In this document: piece after piece, positions 12,097 through 23,003 of the stretch | Layout of the letters: every line of letters begins with the position of its first letter | How positions within the stretch are numbered: the first letter of the stretch is position 1 | Notes under the pieces: generated by a model | The model's database searches: none | What the model was told of the DNA's origin: nothing | The model's input: the letters and a program-made list of their open reading frames with translations, nothing else | Origin: Camelus ferus | Taxonomy: Eukaryota | Length of the DNA stretch: 64,000 bases | NCBI RefSeq assembly: GCF_009834535.1 | Contig: NC_045701.1 | Span: 32,550,001-32,614,000, forward strand | Reading direction: 5' to 3' | Translations under genes and position numbers: made by a program

Positions 12097-15000
12097 TCAG
12101 TCCATCTTGAGGTTAACATAGATATAACGGATGAACTTTAGGGAAGAAAAAAAGGAGATGGTGCCCAGCATGAGGAAGAAGACATATCCAGTGAGTAAGG
12201 AGTAGCCAAAGAACTCTACTGTCTGGACCGCCCCTGACATGTTGGAGCGCCGAGCATAGTAGAAAACTGAATAGAAGAAGATGAANNNNNNNNNNNNNNN
12301 NNNNNNNNNNNNNNNNNNNNNNNNNNNNNNNNNNNNNNNNNNNNNNNNNNNNNNNNNNNNNNNNNNNNNNNNNNNNNNNNNNNNNNNNNNNNNNNNNNNN
12401 NNNNNNNNNNNNNNNNNGATGCCATACAAAGTGTACTGCTCCCGACCCCATACTGTGGCAAAGATGTAGTAGAGCTCCACAGAGATGGCACTGTGAAGAG
12501 AAGACACGATACATAGCATTAAAGGGCTGTGCGTTGCCAGCACAGTGGTCAGGCCAAAATCCAGCCACCACCCCTCCATGTTACAGCATCACTGTGGAAA
12601 GTGGGCCCATTCTACTCCCTGCCCTGGAGTTCCTGGCTTGATGGGAATTCTTTTACCTATGATTAGCTGCTCTCACTTCAAGAACATCTTCAGAAAGTTG
12701 AGAGCAGGGATCTTGTCTGTTTTATTTTCCACTGTATTTGCCTGGCACTAAGAGGTACTCAACAGACTGAGCAATCAAATGAGCTTCAGGCCCCACATGG
12801 TGTTGCTAAATTCAGAAACCAGGAAGACGGTGAAAGCAGCAGTGTCTCTGGAGAGCTTTACAAGTGAGACACCTGATACTTGAACTGATTCAAGCTCAGT
12901 CCTGCTTGGAGAAAGGAGGAACCACTTAGTGATCTCTTAATGGTATAGCTGAACCAGGGATTATTTCTGACGTTGTGTTAGGGTACAGGGTGAGCACAGA
13001 AGGGAAAAGTTAAGGTCAGGAACCTGAAAGTGATGCCATGGAATAAAGAGAGGATACCTGAAAGGCAGGAAGCCTCCAACAGTCATGTGGACCAGAGTAG
13101 ACTTGTACCAGGGCTGGGGCGGAATTTCCCGGGCGATGTTCTTGGTGCGACAAGGTGCGTCAAAGGGGCTAGCGTTGTTCTTCCCGAAGATGCCTCCAAT
13201 GACAGTGAGGGGAAAGCCGACCAGCAGCCAAACCGTCAGAAGCAGCAGGATGGTGGTGGCTGGCAGAGCCTGTGTTGAACCATTGGCCCAATGCACGGAG
13301 TTCACCACACTCCACGTGAGGAAGAAAGGCACTGCAGGGATGGGCCCCCAGAGGGAGGGTCAGCACTGGGAGCTACATGCCTGGACGCACTTAATCAGAC
13401 TGGACCTAAAGGGGTGAGGAATGAAACATCCTGCTCCCAGGCCAACTCCACCCTTTCGTGTCTCATTCCTTGTTCCTTGGCTTACCGAAATCTCCTCACC
13501 TATCCATTATCATTATTAAGGATCAAGGCAAGTCGTTACATAATGACCTAAGAGTGACACAAATCCACCTGCCTCCAAGGGCCTGTCCTGCTATAGCATT
13601 GGAGATTCCTAGTGTGAGACATTCCTTTGAATTAAGGCCGTTTTCAGAAAGCCCTGGTTCAAACATAAATGTGATGGAATAGAAGACATATGGGGTTGGA
13701 AACACAAAAGGTTCAGATTACAAACTACTACTGCCTTTGAAAGGACAAGCTGGCTTGAAAGGCTAGAGTCGGGTAGCCCACTTCCAAAATAAAAAAAGCT
13801 AGGGGGCGAAAAGAAAAAGGAGTGTCAAAAAATAAATTCAAGAGTGTTACTTCAGTGTAATGGTTGAGAATAGAGGCTCTAGAGTTTGACTGCCTAGGTC
13901 TGAAACCTCATTTGCTGCTTTTTAGGAGTATAATCTCACGCAAGTTACCTAACCAGTCTGAAGTTCAACTTCCTCATCTGTAAAATGGGGATAATATTAC
14001 CTGCTTCCTACAGTCAGTGTGAAGATTAAACGAGATGATAGCCTGTCAAGTGTTTATCACATTGCCTAGCACATAGTAAGGGCTTAATAATGTTTATGCA
14101 AAAAATGCGTTTCTGTCTTTTCAATGGTTTTCTTATTGTTTCTTTTGTCTATTTTCATTGCCTTAATCTGACTCTATCTCGGGTTCCACAACGTGTTCTA
14201 AGTCCCTGAATCGGCCCNNNNNNNNNNNNNNNNNNNNNNNNNNNNNNNNNNNNNNNNNNNNNNNNNNNNNNNNNNNNNNNNNNNNNNNNNNNNNNNNNNN
14301 NNNNNNNNNNNNNNNNNNNNNNNNNNNNNNNNNNNNNNNNNNNNNNNNNNNNNNNNNNNNNNNNNNNNNNNNNNNNNNNNNNNNNNNNNNNNNNNNNNNN
14401 NNNNNNNNNNNNNNNNNNNNNAATGCCTGCAGGGTGGTAGTGGAAAGCCCATGTTAGGTCTCCCCTGTCCCTCTTCTGGCAATTTCAGAAGAATCAGCCG
14501 CTTTTCTCCCAGACCCAGGGCCTCCAGCAAAACAATATCCCCCAATTCTGTTGTCCAGAAAGCCCACAATAGAATATACTCATCCTTGCTAGAGCCATCC
14601 CACCCCTTAGGTCTGCCCCTCACCTTGGACAGAAGACAAGATCAGCATATCTTTTCTGAACAAACCACCTACTTAGTTGTACCCCTTGAGAGANNNNNNN
14701 NNNNNNNNNNNNNNNNNNNNNNNNNNNNNNNNNNNNNNNNNNNNNNNNNNNNNNNNNNNNNNNNNNNNNNNNNNNNNNNNNNNNNNNNNNNNNNNNNNNN
14801 NNNNNNNNNNNNNNNNNNNNNNNNNNNNNNNNNNNNNNNNNAGTCATCACCAGACCCTCCAGAGGTTGTCTCCTCATCCAAGTTGTACCGAGCCAGGTCA
14901 TTCCGAAGCACACGCATGAGAATGACAGCCACAAAGCCCACCAGTAAAAACACAAGCACCATGGAATTGATGATGGACAACCAGTGGATTTCCAGTGTTC

Positions 15001-16474
15001 GGGGAAAGAAACCACCGTCGTCACCACGGCGCCTGTCACTCCGACGCTCGACTGAAGTCTCAGACCAGCGCACGCTGTAGGTGTGGGTGAGGCCTAGGAA
15101 TTCATCAGGTCGTAACCCATCTAAACTGTGGGGCTTGACATCCCGCACTGAGACATTGGCAAATATAATTCGATCTCCATGGAATTCTAAGTGGAAGTCC
15201 AAATGGGTCCAGAGTCCTATCTTGTGGCTGTGAGGCAGGAAGCCACTCTCCTCCATGTAGCCCACAAAGCCCCGGATTGGCAAGTCATCCACCACAAATT
15301 CAAAGTAGTAGAGTTCTTCAATGGCCTGGCGCAGCTGTTCCACCTACAAAAACAAGTCAGGAGTCAGACAGGCCTCGAAAGGCCTCGCCAGGCCTCCCCA
15401 GCCACTGGATTAGAGAAGGGTTTCAACCTCAGCACTACTGACATTTTGGGCTGGATAACTTGTGGGGGACTGTCCTGTGCATTGTCAGATGCTCCACCCC
15501 TGGCTTCTCACTAGATGTCAGTAGCACCCTCTAATAGAACAAAAATATCCCCAGACATTGCCAAAAGTCTCTTGGGAGACAAAACTGCCCCCTGTTGAGA
15601 ACCAGTGGGTTAGACCCTAGTATGCTGGGATTCTCCGAAATAAGCAAGTATGACTTGACAGGGTTAAGACCTAGAAAAAGAGAGGCAAGGTGTAAGAAGT
15701 TCTGAAGTAGACTAAGGAAAAGTGCCCTAAGATGGGAATCACTGAAGAAAAAAGCATCACTGGGAAAATTAGGTAGACTGTAAAGGAGACAGTTAAACAT
15801 GAGCCAAGAGGTAGGAATGGAAAAAAATGACTATGTAGGAGTGGCAGTTGGCACCTCACTACCAACGGACAAGCTTGGAGTCAGGAGCCCTGGGCTCTAC
15901 TATCAGCTGTGCAATTTACTATTCATGTCTTGGAAAAGTTACTTCTGAGCAAGCACGTTTAACAACTGAATGCAAACAATACTATCTGCCCTACCTGCCA
16001 CGTGGGGTTGTAGTTAGAATCAAATCAAATCACTTCCATAAAGTTGCTTTGAAAACTATAAACGTAAGGCACTGTTACTACTCCCTGGGAGGGAGGGCTA
16101 ATTCTAGTCAACATGGAGAGGCTGACCTGTGCAGGACTGAGCTGCATGTGGCACAGAATTCTCTTCTCCACATTCTCCCGAAAGCGGATCTCGTACAAAG
16201 ACTCAGCCATCCGATCCCCATCCAGAACTTCACCCAGGCTAAGGCTTTTGTGGCGTATCTTCTCAGGGCTGCAAACTGGAAGCTGATAGTAGTGGTAAGT
16301 CTCCTGAGGGTTGTGGTAAGGTCCCACTTTGTTGACATATAGAATGACAGGGTCGCCGGCCTTGTAGTGTGTCACACCTTCCACCCCTGGCTCACGTCCT
16401 GTGCCCAGCAGAAGCAGCAGCAGGAGTAGTAACCACCAGCAGCTCCAACTTCGAGGGTGCCCTAGAACTGTCAT
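12097..16474 (-). CDS. TM9SF1: Transmembrane 9 superfamily member 1 (nonaspanin), ~607 aa, partly in N gaps
   Basis: Coding exons 16474-16127, 15343-~14722 (donor in gap), 14426-~14241 (mostly in gap), 13331-13058, 12490-12097. Signal peptide [24 protein letters not shown], then [27 protein letters not shown] and [11 protein letters not shown], ending YIYVNLKMD* (KxD COPI-retention-type tail). Exon 2 acceptor at 16491. Non-coding exon 1 donor (G|GTAAG) at 17158. Confidence 0.96.
12286..12417. other. Assembly gap (132 N) inside the last TM9SF1 exon
   Basis: Run of N; flanking codons stay in frame. Confidence 0.99.
13853..14095 (+). mobile_element. MIR SINE (near full length)
   Basis: Core cttcctcatctgtaaaatggggataata and tail cctagcacatagtaag. 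Confidence 0.8.
14218..14421. other. Assembly gap (204 N) covering most of TM9SF1 exon 4
   Basis: Run of N beginning 5 nt after the cag|GCATT acceptor. Confidence 0.99.
14694..14841. other. Assembly gap (148 N) covering the end of TM9SF1 exon 3
   Basis: Run of N after the GSGDD codons. Confidence 0.99.
15415..15612. mobile_element. MER20-like hAT DNA transposon relic
   Basis: ttcaacctcagcactactgacattttgggctggataa...cagacattgccaaa...gttgaga resembles the MER20 consensus as I recall it. Confidence 0.7.
15870..16075 (+). mobile_element. MIR SINE (diverged)
   Basis: ggagtcag...ctgtg...ttggaaaagttactt...gttgtagttagaatcaaat pattern. Confidence 0.55.
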
Positions 16475-16599
16475 CCTTAACGCAGCGGAACCTGTTTGGG
16501 GGAGTTCTGAGGTTATGGGAACCAGGGATCAAATGACACCCCAGGTCAGGTCCTTCGAACTGAAGCCTGATGGCTCCAATGCCTCCCCTTGGCCTTTCC

Positions 16600-17560
16600 G
16601 ATCCTCCCTGAGGCCACCTCCCCACTGCCACACCACACCATCTCTCTAGCCCGAACAATGGGCTCCCCCTCTGCTCTAGTCCTCTCAACCTAGGGTTCCC
16701 CCCTCTGGCAGCCCGCCAGCCCGGGGCCTCCCCGTGCACCCCAGCTCGTTTCCATGGCAACTCCACGCGGCCTCGCACCTCCGGCACCTTCCCGCGGCAA
16801 CCCCGAGGTGCTCTCCGCCCGGGAAGGGCTGGCCGAGGAGGCGCCAGCGGCCTCTGCGGCCCCGTAGCCGCCCTTGCACTCCTGCCGGGGTCTCCCTCAG
16901 AGCGGCGCGCTAGCTTGGGACCTGGAGAGGACCTGACGACCGACCTCCCGAGGGCTGGCCACGGTGGTGCCTGATCGCAGAGGCTGCGGTCACACCGCAA
17001 GACACCGCGCCCGGCTCACTTCAGTGCTCCCTGAAGAGCTTTCTACCACTGGAGGCCTGGCCCAACTCTGAAGACGCCGCGAGGCGAGGCTCGCCCGTCG
17101 CCCCGCGGGGGGCCCTCCCGGCGATCGCTAGGGCAGCTCAGGACACGTCAGTCTTACCACTTCCGCCTTCACCCGCCGGGCCCTCAGGTCGGCGGAAAGC
17201 TCTTCTGCAGCCTAGAGAGGGCCACTCCCCCGCGGTCTTGGCCGCTCCGACGCTCGGGTTGCCCCGAGAGGAGCTGCGTTAGAGGCCTGGCTGCGAGGAC
17301 ACAAACTCCCTTTTTTGGGTAAGAGTCGGCGCCGGTCCAGCCGCCCGTCCCCGGGGAGGTTGCAGTTGGACGTTTGAGAGCAGCGCCCGCTGCCCGCGCC
17401 CAGTGACTGCCCAGGACACGGAGCCCGGGGGCGGCTGCGCCCACACCTAGAGGACGCCGCAAACGTTTGCCGGCTGAACCAATGGGACTCGCCACCGACT
17501 GCCGAGGCCGAGCCCGGAGAGGCGGTTCAAGGCCCCCAACCCGGGCGGGGGTGAGGCTTT
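16600..17560 (-). promoter_or_regulatory. TM9SF1 CpG-island promoter and first exon region
   Basis: CpG-rich. GCGGAAGTG ETS motif next to the donor at 17158; CCAAT near 17480. Confidence 0.65.
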
Positions 17561-18574
17561 GGGCGTAGCTGTGCTAGGCCAGAGTCTGGCTCTCACCTCC
17601 CTGTTGCTCTGCCAACCATCATGAATGGCCTCCCGCCAAAAACCAAATATGTAAATGAAATTATTTTCCCAAGGCTCTACTGGAGCCCTCCCTGACCGTA
17701 TAACGACCGTCTGTATCCGGCGGTAGAGGCAAGCCTGGGCCAGGTCCGGTGTAGAGGAACGCAAGGAGATGGGGTGTTCGCTCTTTTACCCAGTGAGTTG
17801 ATCAGACTGACACTGTTATTGTTAAATGCAGGTAAAAAAAAATCCTGACACGCTTTGGTCTCTATGTTTTTATTCTTATTTATCTGTATGTGTTTGGGCA
17901 TCTCTTAATTTGTATTGCAGATTATTGTGGAAAATTTCACCCTGATCTGTCCCAGCTATTTTAAGGGGATCTGCTATTAGGGGAGTTCCCCTGGAGATCA
18001 GCCCTTGGCGCATTGACTTCCTTTGGCCACCTGGAAGCAACATGTAAGGAACCTGACTTAAGGTTCCCTCTTCCCTGGTAAAGAAAGTGGAAAATCACAA
18101 GTGGCTTCTGGCCTGAAATGTCCTTCATTTATTCACTTCAGCCCTCTCTGACCCAACCCTCCTCCCTGGAGGAGGGGGTGAGATTCCAGGAAGTACAGGG
18201 TTGAGTTTTTAGACAATCAATTAATTTTGTAATTAGAAAAGTAACTTAGAAAATGGCTTTGGAGGAGACTTTTAAGTTACAACCACCTGGTCATTAAAGC
18301 CAGAAATCTGGGCCTCTTTCACAATTAACAACCCCCTCCTCCCATAAGTTCAGTGCCACCAAGACTTCTCTGCTTTTGTCTCGATTATCCTCCAAATTGC
18401 CCTCCATGCTGCCTTGGTTCAGGCCCCATCCCCTCACCTAAATTACCGTGGCAGCCATGTTGCTAGTCTCTGGGTCACCTCTTCCCTTGGATCCATGTTA
18501 CACACTGCAGCTGCAAGGATTTTTTTTTCTTTTCTTTTTAATCTTAAAGGTGCCCTATTTCCTGCAACAGTGAT

Positions 18575-18830
18575 TTTTTTTTTTTAACTTTTAGTACAAA
18601 TTTTAAAAGGTCGCTTTCCATTTACAGCTATTACAAAATACTCACTATATTCCTCATGTTGTACAATACATCCTTTGCCTGTCTTACACGAATAGTTTGT
18701 ACCTCCCACTCTCCCAACCCTATACTGCCCCTCTCCCAACCCTATACTGCCCCTCTCCTCTCATCCCCACCGGTAACCACTGGTTTGTTCTCTCTCTCTG
18801 TGAGTCTCCTCCTTTTTGTTATGTTCACAA
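18575..18830 (-). mobile_element. L1 3' end fragment (cetartiodactyl-type)
   Basis: Poly-T followed by gttgtacaatacatcc...atagtttgtacctcccact...ggtaaccactggtttgttctc. Contains a 22-bp tandem duplication at 18711-18754. Confidence 0.7.
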
Positions 18831-18837
18831 ACTGGCA

Positions 18838-18995
18838 ACAGTGGTTCTTAAATCTTGGTGTGCATCAGATTCAGTCAGAAACTTGTTAAAAATACAGATA
18901 CCTGGGTCCCACCAAATTAGGATCTTGGGGAAGGAGGTCACTGGGCATCAGTATTTTTTAACAAGCTCTAATTTTGATGCAAACCAAAATTTAAC
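18838..18995. mobile_element. MER5-family hAT-Charlie relic
   Basis: cagtggttcttaaatcttggtgtgcatcagattca...aaaatacagatacctggg. Confidence 0.6.
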
Positions 18996-19059
18996 CATGA
19001 GTACATACAATACCTTGCAGTTCTCAGTAATATGCTCACACTCAGATGTCTCGTGCTAG

Positions 19060-19172
19060 ATTTTAAACGCTAGCAGCACAGGTGATCTACTGGCCTTATT
19101 GGTTACCTTCTTCCAGGACTCAGCACACTGCCTGGCACAGAGTAGGTGCTCAATAAATGTGACTGGTTGAAA
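19060..19172 (+). mobile_element. L2 3' end
   Basis: cagcacactgcctggcacagagtaggtgctcaataaatg. Confidence 0.7.
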
Positions 19173-19573
19173 TGGACCAGATCCATGGAGGGAGTCTCAC
19201 CGGATTACAGAGGTGCCTCCAGCAATGAATGTTCCAAATTGCACTTCCTTCTCAAGCCTTGTGGCCAGTGGTGCATAGAAGGTGAATTATGATGTGTCAG
19301 AACATAGGACCTTGGGGAGTTCCGTAACCAAGAGGAGAAAGAAGTAACAACAGCCAGTAAAGACAGAAAGAACTGCTTCTCCCTTCTTCCCCCTCCAAGT
19401 TCCTAGTGGAGAGCTGAGCCCAGCATCCCAGACTTGTGTGACTACACAGGCGAGCTTCTGAAGACTAACTTCACTTTGGTACCCTAGCCTTCAGCAGCTC
19501 AAGGCGTTGGCTTTCGGAGCAGACAAGAGGCTTTTAAGTAGCAGAGCTCCCTGCTCTCAGCAAGCCCAACACC

Positions 19574-21745
19574 ATGGGGAAGGGAGACACCTTGGAAGCA
19601 GCACCAACCACCTCGACCTACCGCTCTGTCATGGAGGAGTATGGTTACGAAGTAGGCAAGGTCATTGGCAATGGCTCCTATGGGACGGTGTATGAGGCTT
19701 ACTACACAAAGCAGAAGGTCATGGTGGCTGTCAAGATGATCTCAAAGAAGAAGGCCTCTGATGACTACCTTAACAAGTTCCTGCCCCGTGAGATACAGGT
19801 GGGAAAGGGGGCTAGAGGAGGGAACTGGTACCAAGCTGCTTAAGGCTTTTCAGAAAGGGGTTAAAAGAGGGTGGAGCCGGAAACCCCCAAACCATAACTG
19901 AATGACTCACTGGGCAATAAGGAAAATTACTTGATGTAAATTCAGCCTCCTTCCACCTCACCTCCAGGCCCTCAGAAAGGAAAAGAGCAAAGCATAAGAT
20001 TTGTCCCTAGGCTACCAGCCCTCTGGGGTTTGATCCTGTTGCAAAGTTCTAAGAAGGTAGCAGTGAGTGAGTAGGAGAGGGCTGGGAGTGCAGTCAGGGT
20101 TCTCCCTTCCTGGCTTTGATGGGTCCCTCTCCCGGGGCCAGGTGATGAAGGTCCTGCGGCACAAGAACCTCATCAACTTCTATCAGGCCATCGAGACCAC
20201 ATCCCGAGTGTACATCATTCTGGAGTTGGCTCAGGGTGGTGATGTCCTTGAGTGGATCCAACGCTATGGGGCCTGCTCTGAGCCCCTTGCTGGCAAGTGG
20301 TTCTCCCAGATGACCCTGGCCATCGCCTACCTGCACAGCAAGGGCATCGTGCACCGGTGAGGGCGCTGCCACCTGGACACAGGCCTCTGGGCTCTCAAAG
20401 GGGTTTTATGCATATCTCCCATTTTCTGCTCTTTTTTCCTCCCTGACCTCTCTCCTCAGTATCTAGGCCTATTCATCCACTTTATTTTAATCATCTGGTC
20501 AAGAACACTTACTAAGTGCCTACTGTGTGCAGAGCCCTTTGCAAAAAGCGATGGTGAGCACCTAGTGGTCCTCAGGTACCATCCTCTCTCCTCTTTGGGT
20601 TCTGCTCACAACTCCAAGGCTTTCCTCCCTCTGCTCCTGTCCTCATAATGGCCTGTCTCTCCCTCTTTGCCTTTCATCTCTGGCCCTTCAGCTCCTGGTC
20701 TAATACTAAGCCCTCTCCTGACCCCCAGCCTTTCTGCTGCTGGTAGGGACTTAAAGTTGGAGAACCTGCTGCTGGACAAGCGGGAGAACGTGAAGATATC
20801 GGACTTTGGCTTCGCCAAGATGGTGCCTTCTAACCAGCCTGTGCGGAGTAGCCCTTCCTACCGCCAACTGAACTGCTTTAGCCACCTCAGCCAGACCTAC
20901 TGTGGCAGCTTTGCTTATGCATGCCCGGAGATCTTGCTAGGCCTGCCCTACAACCCTTTCCTGTCTGACACCTGGAGCATGGGCGTCATCCTCTACACTC
21001 TAGTGGTCGCCCATCTGCCCTTTGATGACACCAATCTGAAGAAGCTGCTGAAAGAGACTCAGAAGGAGGTCACTTTTCCACCCAACTACCCCATCTCCCA
21101 GGAATGCAAGGTGTGGGCTCCCCCAGGGGGGCTGAGGCCTCATGGGTGACCCACGGGGAGGAAATGCCCAACCGAGACCTCCCAGCCCAGGGGGAGGCTC
21201 TCCCCCTACCAGAGCCATCTCGCACCCTCACCCTCCCTTAGAATAGTGGGGAGGGCTTTAGGGCCAACCCCTGGGCTCCCACCTTGGATGTGAGTGATAA
21301 GCAGGTTTCAGCCTCTATCTGTTTAGGCCAGAAGGGAAATCCTGCAAGGATTCCCCGCAGGGAACTCCTCCTCCCCTTACCCCTCAAGGTGTTAGCTTTC
21401 TGAGCAGACGGGAGGCTTTTAAGGGTCAAATCAGGGCCACCCTCCCTTTCACCAGAGTGGTGTGATGGGCTATCCTGCTTCTTTCTTAGGTCCAGCTGCT
21501 CACTGCCTGTGTGGCACAATGGGGGGCCAGCTCAGCCAAGACCTCTCTCTCCCCTGCCCTAGAACCTGGTCCTCCAGACCCTACGCCAAGCCAGCAAGCG
21601 TGCCACCATCCTGGACATCATCAAGGATCCCTGGGTTCTCAAGTTCCAGCCTGAGCAACCCACCCACGAGATCAGGCTGCTCGAGGCCATGTGTCAGCCC
21701 CCCGGCAACACTAATCATCACCAGTCCTTGGCAGTCAATACCTGA
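19574..21745 (+). CDS. TSSK4: Testis-specific serine/threonine kinase 4, 328 aa
   Basis: Exons 19574-19798, 20142-20356, 20747-21110, 21563-21745 (987 nt). Kinase motifs GNGSYG, VAVK, HR|DLKLEN, DFG and [20 protein letters not shown] at 21821-21826. Confidence 0.97.
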
Positions 21746-23003
21746 AAGAGGCTGAGGGAGGAGGGGGCTGAGAGGAGAGCACAGCAGGAGGGTCTGGGGC
21801 TAAAAATCTTTTATACCAAAAATAAATCTAATTCTGTTTTAGTTTCATCAGGTGGAGTCAAAGACATTCTTTCCTCAGAGGAAGCTTAGCAGGGAACACT
21901 GTTGAGGGTAGGAGGTGGATTTCTGCCCAGAGCCTATAACCAGTCATCTTGATAGCCGTTAAGTCAACAGTGTAATTCAGTGTAGCTGGCATGTGGCCTG
22001 TTCGGGAGGCGGGGAGGTGTGCTCAGATGAACACCTGCTTTGGGGAAGCTTCGTTATCCTGGCTGAGTACATGCTCATTATTTTATATCTCTGTGCACTC
22101 TAAATGTTCAAGCAGTGGGGCAGAGGCCCTGGTTGCTTTGTTTGGTCACAGCTCTGCCTGTCTGTGGTTCAAAGAGATGACACTTTGTTTTTTATGAAAT
22201 GAGTATCCGGATGTATGCAATATCTCAGCTCCTTCCTCCTCCAAATACCACCTTAACCACTACTGAAACCATCCAAGTGAATCATGGCCCCTCTCGTTAC
22301 AGCTCCTACACACAGAAGTGACAGTTCAAACCAAGCCTATTAACTGTGTGTTTTGGAAAAAGGAAAGCTACTTGCCCCCTTATCCCTGTATTCTCCTTCC
22401 CTGTCCTTGAAAAGGGGCTTTGTAAAATGAAAATGGGCGGTAAATCACGGGGCTCTCTTGGCAGAGGCCCAGTTCGGGGGAATTGATGAGGGAAGACTCA
22501 GGGACAGCTCCACACGGTTCTAGAATGAGTAGCAGATGGCAGTTTCCTGACCCTCGGCACTAGACAACTCTAGGAGAAACCGCCTTGGAAGTTGGAGCAG
22601 TATCTGCCTGGAACAAGGGGGTTAACATGTTGGAAACTCCCATTTGTCCTCTGCTCCATCTCCCCTTCATCACTCCCATTATTATTCATTTCTTGAAATG
22701 AAGCTCCAAGGACCAGGGGACAAGTTTCAGGTGCACACAAGGCAGTATAAGCACTGGGGTTCCATCTGCCCAGTTTTATTGGGAACGAGGCATTGTAACT
22801 GCTAGCCAAGGGAGCCAGGGCTCCTCCCACACCAAGATCCCTCTTCAGAGTTGAGCCAAGGATCCTTTTCTCAGGCAGGGTCACGCCACCACCCCCAGCA
22901 GGACCTCCCAACCAGGCCACGTTCACGTTCCTCTAGCTGAGCACTTGGCACTTAAGGAAAAGCGAACAACAAAGGCAGCATCGGGTAGACAAGCCCAGAC
23001 TCA

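Noticed and set aside
14451-15080. 209-aa plus ORF antisense to TM9SF1
   Set aside because: Antisense shadow inflated by the N run.
16392-17000. 202-aa minus ORF upstream of TM9SF1
   Set aside because: Arg/Pro/Gly-rich translation typical of a CpG island, with no recognisable domain.
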